From Bacteroidota bacterium (GTDB taxonomy: Bacteria > Bacteroidota > Ignavibacteria > UBA10030 > UBA8401): a DNA stretch of 62,333 nt. Of this stretch, positions 16,760 through 26,871 are shown one piece after another. A program made the translations under genes and the position numbers. The stretch spans positions 1 through 62,333 of the forward strand of contig DATGXR010000472.1 in NCBI GenBank assembly GCA_035298825.1, read 5' to 3'. The notes beneath the pieces are model-generated. The model was not told the origin of the DNA and made no database searches. It worked only from the letters and a program-made list of their open reading frames with translations. Within the stretch, counting starts at the first letter, position 1, and the number at the start of each line of letters is the position of its first letter.

Positions 16760-17481
16760 GAGCCGAATGTGCGTTCCGCTTTTTTCAGGTCGTCGATCGT
16801 ATCGACTTCCATGCAGCGGCGAATACCGACATCCTCGGCGAAGATCATCGCTCCGGCATCGATCATCTCCTGGAACGACGCCTCGTAATATTCATTGATC
16901 CGGTTCTCGGTGACGACGCGCTTCTGCAGCGTGTGAAAGAGGATCTGCGTCGCTTCGTGCGAGAATTTTTCAATGCCGATCGATTCGCCGTATGTCGATT
17001 CGAGCGCGACATGCTTGCCGATCTCCACGATTTCATGATTGTGATTGATCTTCACTTTGATCTCTTCATCGCCGATCTCGCCTGCCGTCCTGACGGCCAG
17101 GCATGTCTCGTGAGGCGAATGCAGCAGGAGCGTGAGGATCGACTCGTCGAACAATATGTCGCTGTCGAGCAGCAGCAGCGCGTCTCTGCCCACGCTCGAG
17201 CGTGCAAGCAGAAGTGAAAACGCATTGTTGGTCCCCGCATAATCGTCGTTCATGATGAAGCGCACGGCAAGGGACGGGAAGTGTTCGGCCACAAAGTCGC
17301 GTATCTTCTGCGCCTCGAATCCGAGCACGATCGTAAAATTTTTGACGCCGGCGTCCGACACCGCACGAAGCGTGCGTTCGAGCATCGGCATCGGGCCGAT
17401 CGGAAGGAGACATTTGGGAGTGTCGTTGGTCAGCGGCCGCAAACGGGTCGCGGTTCCTGCAGCAAGAAGAACACAGTGCAT
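16756..17481 (-). CDS. Nucleotidyltransferase (LicC / IPCT-like sugar- or alcohol-phosphate cytidylyltransferase)
   Basis: 241 aa from the internal ATG: MHCVLLAAGTATRLRPLTNDTPKCLLPI (NTP_transferase G-loop), YAGTNNAFSLLLA, LLLDSDILF. The upstream track extension is non-homologous. Confidence 0.8.
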   Translation of the reverse strand: MHCVLLAAGTATRLRPLTNDTPKCLLPIGPMPMLERTLRAVSDAGVKNFTIVLGFEAQKIRDFVAEHFPSLAVRFIMNDDYAGTNNAFSLLLARSSVGRDALLLLDSDILFDESILTLLLHSPHETCLAVRTAGEIGDEEIKVKINHNHEIVEIGKHVALESTYGESIGIEKFSHEATQILFHTLQKRVVTENRINEYYEASFQEMIDAGAMIFAEDVGIRRCMEVDTIDDLKKAERTFGS

Positions 17482-17602
17482 AGTCGTATTTTTTTTTCTA
17501 CACGGGATACCCAGTGGATAATGGACGGACACCGCATACGCGGTGTATGCGGCGCATCCGCTTCGTTTCAGAAAAAATACTAAAATTTCAATTGAATTAA
17601 AA

Positions 17603-20026
17603 ATGGATTTCATGGGAGCATACGGCGGACTTCGCACTGCGGCTGCTCATTCCGCGCGGCAACGCACAGGGATGGTGCTCTGCCTCATTGCTCTGCTTGC
17701 GCTGCCGGCGCTGAACGGCGTCGGTCTTTGTGCGCAGACGCGCACGATTTCAGGCACAGTGCGCGACGCCGCAACGAATGAATTGCTGCCGGCAGCCACG
17801 ATCCGCCTTGCGGGTTCGTCACGCGGAACGCTCACCAATGCCCGGGGCGAGTTTCAGTTTCCGCTCTATCAGGCGCCTGCTGTACTTGTGGTGAGCTACG
17901 TGGGATATAAAACGGATTCGCTCGATCTGGCCTCGGTCGATGCGGCACAATCGCTGTCGATCAGGCTTCAACCCATCTCGATACAACTTCCGGGCGTGAC
18001 GGTGACGGATGAAGATCCCGCCTATGAAATCATCCGCCGGGCGATCGAACACAAACGCCAATGGATGCAATCGCTCGAGCGCTTCGAGGGAAAGGCATTC
18101 ACGCGCATGACGCTCAGAAGCGATACGTCGATCGCCTCGATTACAGAATCCTATTCGACGCTCTTCTGGTCGCAGCATGATACGCTGCGCGAAGTGATCA
18201 CGCAGACGCGCAAGACCGGCAACCTCCCGGCCGGATTCCAGGCGTCGAACGTGGGCGCGATCATGAATTTCAACGACGACGAAATTCCGCAGCTCGGCTT
18301 CCGCTTCACCGGTCCCACGGCGCCGTCGGCGTTCGACTATTACGATTACAAATTGCTGCGCACGCGCGTGCAGGACGACTTCGACGTCTATGACATTCAG
18401 CTTCTTCCTCGCTCGCGCTCGACGCCACTGTTCTACGGTCGCATCTCGATCGCCGAACGCTCGTATGCCGTCGTCGAAGTCGATGTGCGTCCGAACGAAG
18501 CATTCGTCATTCCGTTCATCAAACTCAACGGCGTGCGCTATCGCCAGCACTTCAGTCTCTATGAAAACAGATTCTGGCTCCCGGCCGATTACAGAACCGA
18601 AGGCTCGCTCAGCGTCTCGTTCGCCGGATTGAAGATGCCGGCAATCGGCCTTGAAAAAGATGTCGTCATTTATGACTATGCGATCAATCCTGTCTTTGCC
18701 GATTCAATCAGTGTGATGAAACTTGTCACGTACGATTCATCGGCCAACCGGCTCGACTCTGCGTTCTGGGCGCAGACCAATGTGCTGCCGCTGACCGACG
18801 AACAGGAACGGGCCTACTCAACGCTCGACAGCACGCAGACGCTTGAGAGAAAATTCAAACCCTCGGGCGCGGCTGTCGCCCTTGCCGGCGCCGCAACCGG
18901 ATCGATCCTCGGTTTTATCGATGTCTATTTCAACCGCGTTGAAGGCCTGCATCTGGGTGTCGATCATGCATTCGTGCGCGTGGGCGGACTCGTCGATCTG
19001 CGCGCGATGCTCGGGTACGGAACTTCAGACAAGGTGTGGAAATATTCTGCCGGAGTGACATTCCCATTCGGTTGGGAAAAGCGCGCGTCGGTCTCGTCCG
19101 GATTCTCGAGCGCATCTTCGTCAGCCAGGCAGTTTGCAATCGGCGGCGATGTCTATCGGACACTCGGACTCCTGCCCGAGGAAAAACCGTATTCGTTTTT
19201 CTCGAACTCGGTGGCGGCCCTCGTGAGCAAACTGGATTATTACGATTATTATGAGCGCGAGGGATGGAAGACCGCTTTGTCCTATCATCCCATGCCCGTC
19301 ACAAGCACAAGCATCGAATACAAGTCGGAGGAGAATCGCTCGCTCTTGCAGCACACCGATTATTCGATCCTCGGGCGTTCGCGCCGCTATCGCCAACAGC
19401 CTGTGATCGATGACGGGCATCTGCGCGCCGTTACCGTCTCACTCTCGTACGGCCAACGGTTGCTGCTGAATTTCATGCCGCAGGCATTTGTGTTCGATGC
19501 GGGGATCGAATATGCGGACCGCGGGACGCTCGGAGGCGATTATTCGTACAAACGCTACACCGTGTCGGCTCAGGCAAAAGTGCGCACAATGGGAGCCGAT
19601 CTGCTCTTTCCCCAGTCGCTCTATATCAAAGCCTCCCTGGGCACATCTGGCGGATCGCTGCCGCTGCAACGCACATTCGACATTCTCTCGGGCCTCGGCG
19701 GCTACGGGCAGATCGGCACATTCAAGGGATTGAAGCCGCACGAATTTCAGGGCGACTGGTTCGCTTCGCTCAACCTCGAACACAACTTCCGTCGCGCGCC
19801 GTTTCTCTGGCTCGGCATCACACCGCTGTATGAGACCAATTGGGAGTTTATCGCCACCGCAAGCTGCGCGCGTGCCGCGAACAACAGTCTGCTCTATTAT
19901 GAAGCCGGTGTCGGCATTAACAATATCTTCGATCTGCTGCGCGTCGATCTGACCTGGCGTTTCACATCGCCCGGCGGATTTGTCTTCTCGCTGAGTCTCG
20001 CCGATTTGATTTCCGGCTTGCTGTAA
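17603..20026 (+). CDS. CarboxypepD_reg-domain / DUF5686-type outer-membrane-associated protein
   Basis: Signal peptide (LIALLALPALNGVGLCAQ), then ISGTVRDAATNELLPAATIRLAGSSRGTLTNARGEFQF...YVGYKTD, which is carboxypeptidase-regulatory-like. Large beta-rich C-terminal region. Start uncertain (17603, 17612 or 17672). Confidence 0.7.
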   Translation: MDFMGAYGGLRTAAAHSARQRTGMVLCLIALLALPALNGVGLCAQTRTISGTVRDAATNELLPAATIRLAGSSRGTLTNARGEFQFPLYQAPAVLVVSYVGYKTDSLDLASVDAAQSLSIRLQPISIQLPGVTVTDEDPAYEIIRRAIEHKRQWMQSLERFEGKAFTRMTLRSDTSIASITESYSTLFWSQHDTLREVITQTRKTGNLPAGFQASNVGAIMNFNDDEIPQLGFRFTGPTAPSAFDYYDYKLLRTRVQDDFDVYDIQLLPRSRSTPLFYGRISIAERSYAVVEVDVRPNEAFVIPFIKLNGVRYRQHFSLYENRFWLPADYRTEGSLSVSFAGLKMPAIGLEKDVVIYDYAINPVFADSISVMKLVTYDSSANRLDSAFWAQTNVLPLTDEQERAYSTLDSTQTLERKFKPSGAAVALAGAATGSILGFIDVYFNRVEGLHLGVDHAFVRVGGLVDLRAMLGYGTSDKVWKYSAGVTFPFGWEKRASVSSGFSSASSSARQFAIGGDVYRTLGLLPEEKPYSFFSNSVAALVSKLDYYDYYEREGWKTALSYHPMPVTSTSIEYKSEENRSLLQHTDYSILGRSRRYRQQPVIDDGHLRAVTVSLSYGQRLLLNFMPQAFVFDAGIEYADRGTLGGDYSYKRYTVSAQAKVRTMGADLLFPQSLYIKASLGTSGGSLPLQRTFDILSGLGGYGQIGTFKGLKPHEFQGDWFASLNLEHNFRRAPFLWLGITPLYETNWEFIATASCARAANNSLLYYEAGVGINNIFDLLRVDLTWRFTSPGGFVFSLSLADLISGLL

Positions 20027-20044
20027 ATCGCTCTTCTCTGTCCC

Positions 20045-22309
20045 TCATCTGCTCCCGAATTTCGACTTCAGATCGTTGAGCGTGTATTTCGGCTCGGGTG
20101 CGGCCGCCGACTTCGCTTTCGAGCCTCCGCCCGGCGCGGCGCCTGATGCGCCCGGGGATTTCATCGTGAGCGCGATGCGCTTGAGGCCTTCGTTTACCTC
20201 GAGCACGCGGACCTTCACGATCTGTCCCACCTTCACCACCGTCTTCGCATCGGCAACATATCGGTCGGCAAGCTGCGAAATGTGCACGAGTCCGTCCTGA
20301 TGCACGCCGATGTCGACAAACGCGCCGAAGTTCGCCACGTTCGTCACGACGCCTTCGAGTTCCATGCCGACTGTGAGATCCTTCAGTTCGGTGATCCCTT
20401 CCTTGAACGTCGCATATTTGAATTCCGCTCGCGGATCTCGTCCCGGTTTCTTGAGTTCGTTGATGATGTCGCGCAGCGTGGGCTCGCCGACTTTTTCAGT
20501 CACATATTTCTTGATGTCGATCTTGTTGAGCACATCGGGCGTCTTCGTGACTTCCTCGAGCGGCAGATTGAGATCTTTGAGGATCTTCTGCGCAATCGGA
20601 TAACTTTCGGGATGCACGGCAGAATTATCAAGCGGATTTTTCCCGCCGCGTATGCGGAGGAATCCCGCCGCCTGTTCGAACGCCTTCGGACCGAATTTCG
20701 GAACAGAGCGCAGCTCGTCGCGGCTTTTGAATGCGCCGTTTTCGTTTCTGTAGGCGACGATCGATTTTGCGAGTCCCGCATTCACGCCGGCGACGTAGCT
20801 CAGGAGCTCCTTCGATGCCATGTTCAGATCGACGCCGACAAAGTTCACGCAGCTTTCAACCGTCTCTTCGAGTTTCTTTTTGAGCATGCGCTGGTCGACA
20901 TCGTGCTGATACTGTCCGACGCCGATCGACTTCGGATCGATCTTTACGAGTTCGGCAAGCGGATCCTGCAACCGGCGTCCGATCGAGATCGCGCCGCGCA
21001 CAGTCAGATCGAGATCGCCGAATTCTTCGATCGCCACCTGACTCGCCGAATAAATCGACGCGCCCGATTCGTTCACGATGACTGTGGCGGGTTTCTTTTT
21101 AAGCTTCTTGATCGTGGTGGTGACGAATTCCTCGGTTTCCCGTCCGGCCGTGCCATTGCCGATGGCGATTAGCTCTATTTTATGTTTCTCGATGAGCGAG
21201 AGGATGAGCTTGGCGCCCGCTTCGCGCTGCGCATCGCTCGATGTGTGCGGGAAGATCGCATGATACTCCATGAATTTTCCAGTTTCATCGATCGCCACCA
21301 CCTTGACGCCGGTGCGGAAACCGGGATCGACTCCCAGCGTGGGCTTCATGCCGGCGGGCGAGGCGAGCAGCAGTTCGCGCAGATTCGCCTCGAACGTCTT
21401 GATCGATTCAGTGTCGGCTGTATCCTTCTTCTCCAATCGCGCATCCCCGATGAGCGTGGCGCGCATCAGCCGCTCGAACGCGTCGCGCACCATCGCCACA
21501 TAGAAGTCGCGCACGCTCGAAACCTGCGCGGCGATCTCCTTGCTGTCAAGATACTGGTAGACAAACTGCTCATCGAACACGAGATCGAATGCGATCACCT
21601 CTTCGGCCTCGCCTCTGCGCATCGCGAGCATGTTGTGTGGCTGGATGTCCTTCACGCGTACTTTGTAGTCGCGGTACATTTCATATTTTGTCGTGCCGAC
21701 GGGATGTTTCTTCTCGTCGATCGAGGAAACGAAGACGCCTTCGTTCAGGAAATAATCGCGCAGAAATGCCCTGTACTCGGCCTTTTCCGATACTTCTTCG
21801 GCAAGGATGTCTGATGCGCCGGCGAGCGCGTCCTGGACAGACTTGACGCCTTTTTCGTCGGAGAGATATTTTTCAGCTTCCTTTTCGAGATTGACGCGCT
21901 TCGCATCGGGATTGTTCTTTGCGCGGATATAGTCCGCAAGCGGCTCGAGGCCTTTTTCGCGGGCGATCGTCGCGCGTGTGCGCTTCTTCGGTTTATAGGG
22001 AAGATAGAGATCTTCGAGTTCCGTCTTCTGCAAACAGGCTTCGATCTGTTGCTGGAGTTCGGGCGTGAGCTTGCCCTGATCGTCGATCGATTTCAGGATG
22101 GCCGTCTTGCGGTCTTCGAGTTCGGTCAGATAATCGCATCGGTCAAACAGATCGCGCAGCTGGATTTCGTTCATTTCGCCGGTCGCTTCCTTCCTGTAAC
22201 GGGCGATGAATGGAAGCGTGCCGCCTTCGGCCCTCAATGCCAGGGCGCTTGATACCTGAGAGGGAAGAAGGGAGAGTTCTTTGGACAGTAATTGAGGAAT
22301 ATTGATCAT
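20045..22309 (-). CDS. tex: Transcription accessory protein Tex (S1 RNA-binding domain protein)
   Basis: 754 aa from the internal ATG. GGTLPFIARYRKEATG, YqgF-like and HHH regions, C-terminal S1 domain (GMELEGVVTNVANFGAFVDIGVHQDGLVHISQLAD). Confidence 0.92.
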   Translation of the reverse strand: MINIPQLLSKELSLLPSQVSSALALRAEGGTLPFIARYRKEATGEMNEIQLRDLFDRCDYLTELEDRKTAILKSIDDQGKLTPELQQQIEACLQKTELEDLYLPYKPKKRTRATIAREKGLEPLADYIRAKNNPDAKRVNLEKEAEKYLSDEKGVKSVQDALAGASDILAEEVSEKAEYRAFLRDYFLNEGVFVSSIDEKKHPVGTTKYEMYRDYKVRVKDIQPHNMLAMRRGEAEEVIAFDLVFDEQFVYQYLDSKEIAAQVSSVRDFYVAMVRDAFERLMRATLIGDARLEKKDTADTESIKTFEANLRELLLASPAGMKPTLGVDPGFRTGVKVVAIDETGKFMEYHAIFPHTSSDAQREAGAKLILSLIEKHKIELIAIGNGTAGRETEEFVTTTIKKLKKKPATVIVNESGASIYSASQVAIEEFGDLDLTVRGAISIGRRLQDPLAELVKIDPKSIGVGQYQHDVDQRMLKKKLEETVESCVNFVGVDLNMASKELLSYVAGVNAGLAKSIVAYRNENGAFKSRDELRSVPKFGPKAFEQAAGFLRIRGGKNPLDNSAVHPESYPIAQKILKDLNLPLEEVTKTPDVLNKIDIKKYVTEKVGEPTLRDIINELKKPGRDPRAEFKYATFKEGITELKDLTVGMELEGVVTNVANFGAFVDIGVHQDGLVHISQLADRYVADAKTVVKVGQIVKVRVLEVNEGLKRIALTMKSPGASGAAPGGGSKAKSAAAPEPKYTLNDLKSKFGSR

Positions 22310-22519
22310 ATGTGAAAATACGCGGCTGTATCGGAAAAAAAGTTGGTTAATTGATCGAGGTAAAAATTGGAATACGAAAGATACGATGAATTCGATAAAA
22401 TGCAAAAAGAAATCCGGCGTGTCAAAAAAGAATTGGCATGGGAAGGGACTTTCTTGTTTTTTTTTCGTAATTTAGAATACTCGACTCCAGGCTGGCAAAA
22501 CCGTCACGAACACAGGTCC

Positions 22520-22918
22520 ATGGAACTCAACATCACGACGCCGGCGCTTCTGTTTCCGGCAATTTCGCTGCTGCTTCTGGCTTATACGAACCGATTTTTG
22601 GCGCTGGCGGCGCTCATTCGCGAACTGAAGACGCAATACAGCCAGAAGCCGGATCCGCACATCAAAATGCAGATCGAAAATTTGCGGAAACGTGTCTATC
22701 TCATACGCGATATGCAGGGATTCGGCATTGCCAGCCTGTTATCGTGCGTGGTGGCGATGTTTCTGCTCTTTGTCGGATACGCGATGGCCGCACAGCTCGT
22801 CTTCGGCGGCAGCCTCGTGCTGATGGTGTTGTCGCTCATTTTTACAATTCGAGAAATCAAGATTTCTGTCGATGCTCTAAATGTGCATCTTCGCGATATC
22901 GAGGAAGAAGAAATTTAA
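22520..22918 (+). CDS. DUF2721 family membrane protein
   Basis: 132 aa from the internal ATG. Highly characteristic N-terminus MELNITTPALLFPAISLLLLAYTNRFLALAALIR. Confidence 0.75.
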   Translation: MELNITTPALLFPAISLLLLAYTNRFLALAALIRELKTQYSQKPDPHIKMQIENLRKRVYLIRDMQGFGIASLLSCVVAMFLLFVGYAMAAQLVFGGSLVLMVLSLIFTIREIKISVDALNVHLRDIEEEEI

Positions 22919-22953
22919 CACTGGTTTTTTTTTGAGAAGAAGGATGTTGTCGC

Positions 22954-23814
22954 ATGTTTACAATCGTTGAAAAAAATGACCTGGCTGCAAAGGTGTACCG
23001 TTATGTGATCGAGGCGCCGAATATCGCGCGCAAGGCAAAGGCCGGACAGTTCGTGATCCTGCGTCTGATCGAGGACGGGGAGCGCATCCCGATCACGCTT
23101 GCCGATTGGAATCAGGACGCGGGTACGATCACGCTCTACGTGCAGGCAATCGGCAAAACCACGACGATGATGAGCCGGATGAAAGCCGGCGACGCGCTGG
23201 CCGATGTCGTGGGTCCGTTGGGTGTCCCCTCGCATGTCGAGAAGGGAAAGACGCTCGTTGCGCTCGGCGGCGGCTTCGGGATCGCGGCGATCCATCCGAT
23301 CGTGCGCGCGCATCAGCAAATCGGCAACCGCACCATCTCCATTATCGGCGCCAGATCGAAGGAGCTCCTGATCATGGAAGATGAAATGCGTGCGGTCTCG
23401 AGCGAAGTGCGCATTGCCACAGACGACGGCAGCTGCGGCACGAAAGGTTTCGTCACGACGATACTGAAGGCGATGATCGAGGCAAAAGAACAGATCGATG
23501 TGGCGCTAGCGATCGGACCGGTCGTGATGATGAAAGCCGTGGCGGACCTGACACGGCCTGCGGGCATCGAGACGCTGGTGAGTCTCAATCCGATCATGAT
23601 GGACGGCACCGGAATGTGCGGAGCCTGCCGCGTGATGGTGGGCGAGACAGTGCAATTTGCCTGCGTCGACGGACCGGAGTTCGACGCGCATAAAGTGGAT
23701 TTCGATTTGCTTGTGGCGCGGCAAAAAATGTACTCGCCCCAGGAAAAACTCTCGATGGAACATTTCGAAAAACTGTGCAAGGCACAGGAGCAGCGCGAAA
23801 CGGCCGCGTGGTAA
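22954..23814 (+). CDS. Ferredoxin-NADP(+) reductase-like subunit (NfnA / SudB / GltD-partner type)
   Basis: 286 aa. FAD/NAD-binding FNR-like fold (GQFVILRL, ERIPITL, GGGFGIAA) and C-terminal 2Fe-2S cysteines (DGTGMCGACRV...FACVDGP). Immediately upstream of the GltD-like subunit. Confidence 0.85.
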   Translation: MFTIVEKNDLAAKVYRYVIEAPNIARKAKAGQFVILRLIEDGERIPITLADWNQDAGTITLYVQAIGKTTTMMSRMKAGDALADVVGPLGVPSHVEKGKTLVALGGGFGIAAIHPIVRAHQQIGNRTISIIGARSKELLIMEDEMRAVSSEVRIATDDGSCGTKGFVTTILKAMIEAKEQIDVALAIGPVVMMKAVADLTRPAGIETLVSLNPIMMDGTGMCGACRVMVGETVQFACVDGPEFDAHKVDFDLLVARQKMYSPQEKLSMEHFEKLCKAQEQRETAAW

Positions 23815-23894
23815 GAGCGTATGCGCGCGCCAAGATGAGTGAAGATGCCAGGACAAGTAAAAAAAATTACACAGAAGAAGAAGCAGCAGTCTCC

Positions 23895-25313
23895 ATGGAA
23901 AAAAAATTATCGAACAAAGACCGGATGAAAATTCCGCGTCATGGAATGCCGGAGCAGGAACCGGCTGTGCGAGCGCAAAATTTTCTTGAAGTGCCCCTCG
24001 GCTATACGCCCGAGGCGGCGATGGAAGAGGCCGATCGGTGTCTTCAGTGCAAGAATCCGAAATGCGTCGCGGGATGTCCCGTTAATGTGAAGATCCCTGA
24101 TTTCATTTACCATGTCGCGCTCGGCAATTTTGCGTTGGCCGCGCGCACGCTCAAGGAAACAAACGCGCTGCCGGCAGTCTGCGGCCGCGTCTGTCCGCAG
24201 GAGGATCAGTGCGAGGCCGTCTGCGTCGTCGGAGCGAAGAATGAACCGGTGGCGATCGGACGTCTGGAACGCTTCGTGGCCGACTGGGAGCGGGCATCGG
24301 GCACGGTGCCCCTGCCTGAAATTCCAGCGCCGACAGGGAAGAAGATCGCCATCATCGGCGCCGGTCCCGCTGGACTGACCTGTGCGGGCGATCTCGCCAA
24401 GAAAGGCCATAGCGTCACGATTTTCGAGGCGTTGCACAAGGCAGGCGGCGTGCTCGTCTACGGCATTCCCGAATTCCGATTGCCGAAGAACATCGTCGAT
24501 GCCGAAGTCAATTACCTGAAGCGCCTCGGCGTGAAGATCGAATGCGATTTCGTCGTCGGCATGACGCGCACTGTCGATGAGCTCATGGAAGAAGACGGCT
24601 TCGACGCCGTCTTCATCGGCACGGGCGCCGGATTGCCGTATTTCATGGGCATCCCTGGCGAGAATCTGAACGGCGTCTACTCGGCGAATGAATTCCTCAC
24701 GCGCGTCAATCTGATGAAGGGCTTTGTCTTTCCGAATGATGCCGATACGCCCGTGCCCATGGCGCCGCGCGTCGCGATCATCGGCGGAGGCAATACGGCA
24801 ATGGACTCGGCGCGCACCGCGCTGCGCCTGCCGTGGACAGAAAAAGTGTATATCGTCTACCGCCGCTCGCATGCCGAAATGCCGGCGCGGAAGGAAGAGA
24901 TCCATCACGGCGAACAGGAAGGCATCGAGTTTCTGCTGCTGACCAATCCGACGCGCTTTGTGGGCAAGGACGGATGGCTCACGGGCATGGAATGCCAGAA
25001 GATGGAACTCGGCGAACCCGACGCATCGGGACGGCGCAAGCCCGTGCCGGTGAAGGGAAGCGAATTCATCCTCGAAGTGGGCGCCGCCGTCATCGCCATC
25101 GGCAATGGATCAAATCCGCTGATCAATAAAACGACGCCCGGTCTCACGACGACGAAATACGGAAATATCGTTGCCGATGCCACTGGCAGGACGTCACGCG
25201 AAGGCGTCTGGGCCGGAGGCGATATCGTCATCGGCGCCGCCACGGTCATCAAGGCCATGGGGGCAGGCAAGGAAGCGGCCGCCGCGATCGATGAATATGT
25301 CCGATCACGCTGA
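23895..25313 (+). CDS. NADPH-dependent glutamate synthase small-chain-like oxidoreductase (NfnB / homotetrameric GltA type)
   Basis: CLQCKNPKCVAGCPV and CGRVCPQEDQCE Fe-S motifs, IIGAGPAGLTCA (FAD), IIGGGNTAMD (NADPH). Start ATG at 23895 (MEKKLSNKDRMKIPR), or 23835. Confidence 0.85.
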   Translation: MEKKLSNKDRMKIPRHGMPEQEPAVRAQNFLEVPLGYTPEAAMEEADRCLQCKNPKCVAGCPVNVKIPDFIYHVALGNFALAARTLKETNALPAVCGRVCPQEDQCEAVCVVGAKNEPVAIGRLERFVADWERASGTVPLPEIPAPTGKKIAIIGAGPAGLTCAGDLAKKGHSVTIFEALHKAGGVLVYGIPEFRLPKNIVDAEVNYLKRLGVKIECDFVVGMTRTVDELMEEDGFDAVFIGTGAGLPYFMGIPGENLNGVYSANEFLTRVNLMKGFVFPNDADTPVPMAPRVAIIGGGNTAMDSARTALRLPWTEKVYIVYRRSHAEMPARKEEIHHGEQEGIEFLLLTNPTRFVGKDGWLTGMECQKMELGEPDASGRRKPVPVKGSEFILEVGAAVIAIGNGSNPLINKTTPGLTTTKYGNIVADATGRTSREGVWAGGDIVIGAATVIKAMGAGKEAAAAIDEYVRSR

Positions 25314-25386
25314 ACGAAGGAAACGGAAGGTTACCAAATCACGCTGCTCATTATCGTCAACGTTTTTTTAACGGGGAAATTACATC

Positions 25387-25794
25387 ATGGCATTAATCGA
25401 TTGGTCGAACGATCTCAGCGTCAATATCCAGGAGGTCGACAAGCAGCACAAGATTCTCATCAATCTCATTAACAAACTCCACGAGGCGATGCGCGTCGGG
25501 CAGGGCAAAGCGGCGCTCGAATCAATCCTGGCGGAACTGGTCGTCTATACGAAGACGCATTTTGCGTACGAAGAGTCCCTTTTCGCCCAATATGGCTATC
25601 CCGCTTCGGCCTCGCACAAAAAGGAACACGACGATCTGACAACGACCGTAGTCGACACTCAGAAACAGTATCATGCCGGCCAGCTCGTGATGTCGGTTGA
25701 AGTGCTCCAGTTCCTCAAGCAGTGGCTCACGAAACATATCCAGATGACGGATAAGGCGTACACAGCGCATTTCAAATCGAAGGGCGTTGTCTAA
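25387..25794 (+). CDS. Bacteriohemerythrin (hemerythrin-like metal-binding protein)
   Basis: 135 aa. W-x-x-x-L-x-V, VDKQHKILINLIN, HFAYEESLF, HKKEHDDL, WLTKHIQMTDKAY: the full His/Glu/Asp di-iron ligand pattern. Confidence 0.85.
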   Translation: MALIDWSNDLSVNIQEVDKQHKILINLINKLHEAMRVGQGKAALESILAELVVYTKTHFAYEESLFAQYGYPASASHKKEHDDLTTTVVDTQKQYHAGQLVMSVEVLQFLKQWLTKHIQMTDKAYTAHFKSKGVV

Positions 25795-25817
25795 CCACAC
25801 ACAGTTCGCACGGTCAT

Positions 25818-26834
25818 ATGCTGAAGACGATCGCGTTTTTTGAAACGCCAAGGACCGAAGAAAAGTACCTGCGGCGGATGCTCGGCAAAACTTATGATCT
25901 CATGTTTTTTGCCGCTCCGCTGCAGGAAGTCCCCTGCGCGGACTACGTGCAGGCCGATGCGCTCTCGGTTTTCATCTATTCGCAGATCACCCGGCAGACG
26001 ATTGCATCGCTGCCCGCGCTTAGGCTCATCGCCACGCGCTCGACCGGTTTCAATCACATCGACATCGAGGCGGCATCGGCGCGCGGCATTCCCGTGTGCA
26101 ACGTGCCGTACTACGGCGAAAATACGGTGGCCGAACACACGTTCGCGCTCATTCTCTCGCTTTCCCGGAACATCCATAAGGCTTACATCCGCACGATCAG
26201 GAATGATTTTTCGCTCGCCGGGCTCCAAGGATTCGACCTGAAAGGCAAAACGCTCGGCGTCATCGGCGCCGGATCGATCGGACTCCATGTGATTCGCATG
26301 GCGAAGGGATTCGGACTCGATGTGATCGTTTATGATATTTCGCAGAACCATTTCCTGGCCGAGACGCTCGACTATCGCTATGTCACGCTCGAGGAACTGC
26401 TCTCACGCTCGCGCATCATCACGCTGCACTGTCCCTCGAATATTCATACACGCGGCATGCTCAATATGAAAAATATCGGCCTGGTGAAAAAAGGAGCGCT
26501 CTTCATCAATACGGCCCGGGGCGATCTGATCGAAACCGCCGCGCTGCACCACGCGCTGAACACCGGCATTTTCGCCGGCGCCGGACTCGACGTTTTCGAG
26601 GGCGAGGAACTTGTGAAGGACGAGAATCAAATGCTCACGCGCAACGTGCCTGTGGAAAAGCTTCAGGCGCTCTTGCAGAAAAATATTTTGCTGAAAATGG
26701 AGAATGTGATCCTCACGCCGCACATGGCGTTCGACAGCATCGAGGCTGTCGAACGGATCCTGCAGACGACCGTCGAAAATATTCTCGCATTCGATCGCGG
26801 CGCCCGTGAACGCGTCGTCAACAATCCCGTGTGA
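25818..26834 (+). CDS. D-isomer-specific 2-hydroxyacid dehydrogenase (D-lactate/phosphoglycerate dehydrogenase family)
   Basis: 338 aa. NAD-binding GVIGAGSIG, catalytic-region motifs NTARG, GAGLDVF and LTPHMAF. Confidence 0.85.
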   Translation: MLKTIAFFETPRTEEKYLRRMLGKTYDLMFFAAPLQEVPCADYVQADALSVFIYSQITRQTIASLPALRLIATRSTGFNHIDIEAASARGIPVCNVPYYGENTVAEHTFALILSLSRNIHKAYIRTIRNDFSLAGLQGFDLKGKTLGVIGAGSIGLHVIRMAKGFGLDVIVYDISQNHFLAETLDYRYVTLEELLSRSRIITLHCPSNIHTRGMLNMKNIGLVKKGALFINTARGDLIETAALHHALNTGIFAGAGLDVFEGEELVKDENQMLTRNVPVEKLQALLQKNILLKMENVILTPHMAFDSIEAVERILQTTVENILAFDRGARERVVNNPV

Positions 26835-26871
26835 CCGTGACGGATTCGCACTCATCTTTGCCGACCAGCCT

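Noticed and set aside
17489-17552. T9 tract and overlapping alternative hairpins (CACCGC-ATAC-GCGGTG versus CCGCATA-N7-TATGCGG) in the divergent promoter region, considered as a phase-variation or riboswitch-like element.
   Set aside because: Homopolymer A/T runs of 8-10 nt are common in intergenic regions throughout this window. The hairpins are short, and no conserved riboswitch core is recognisable.
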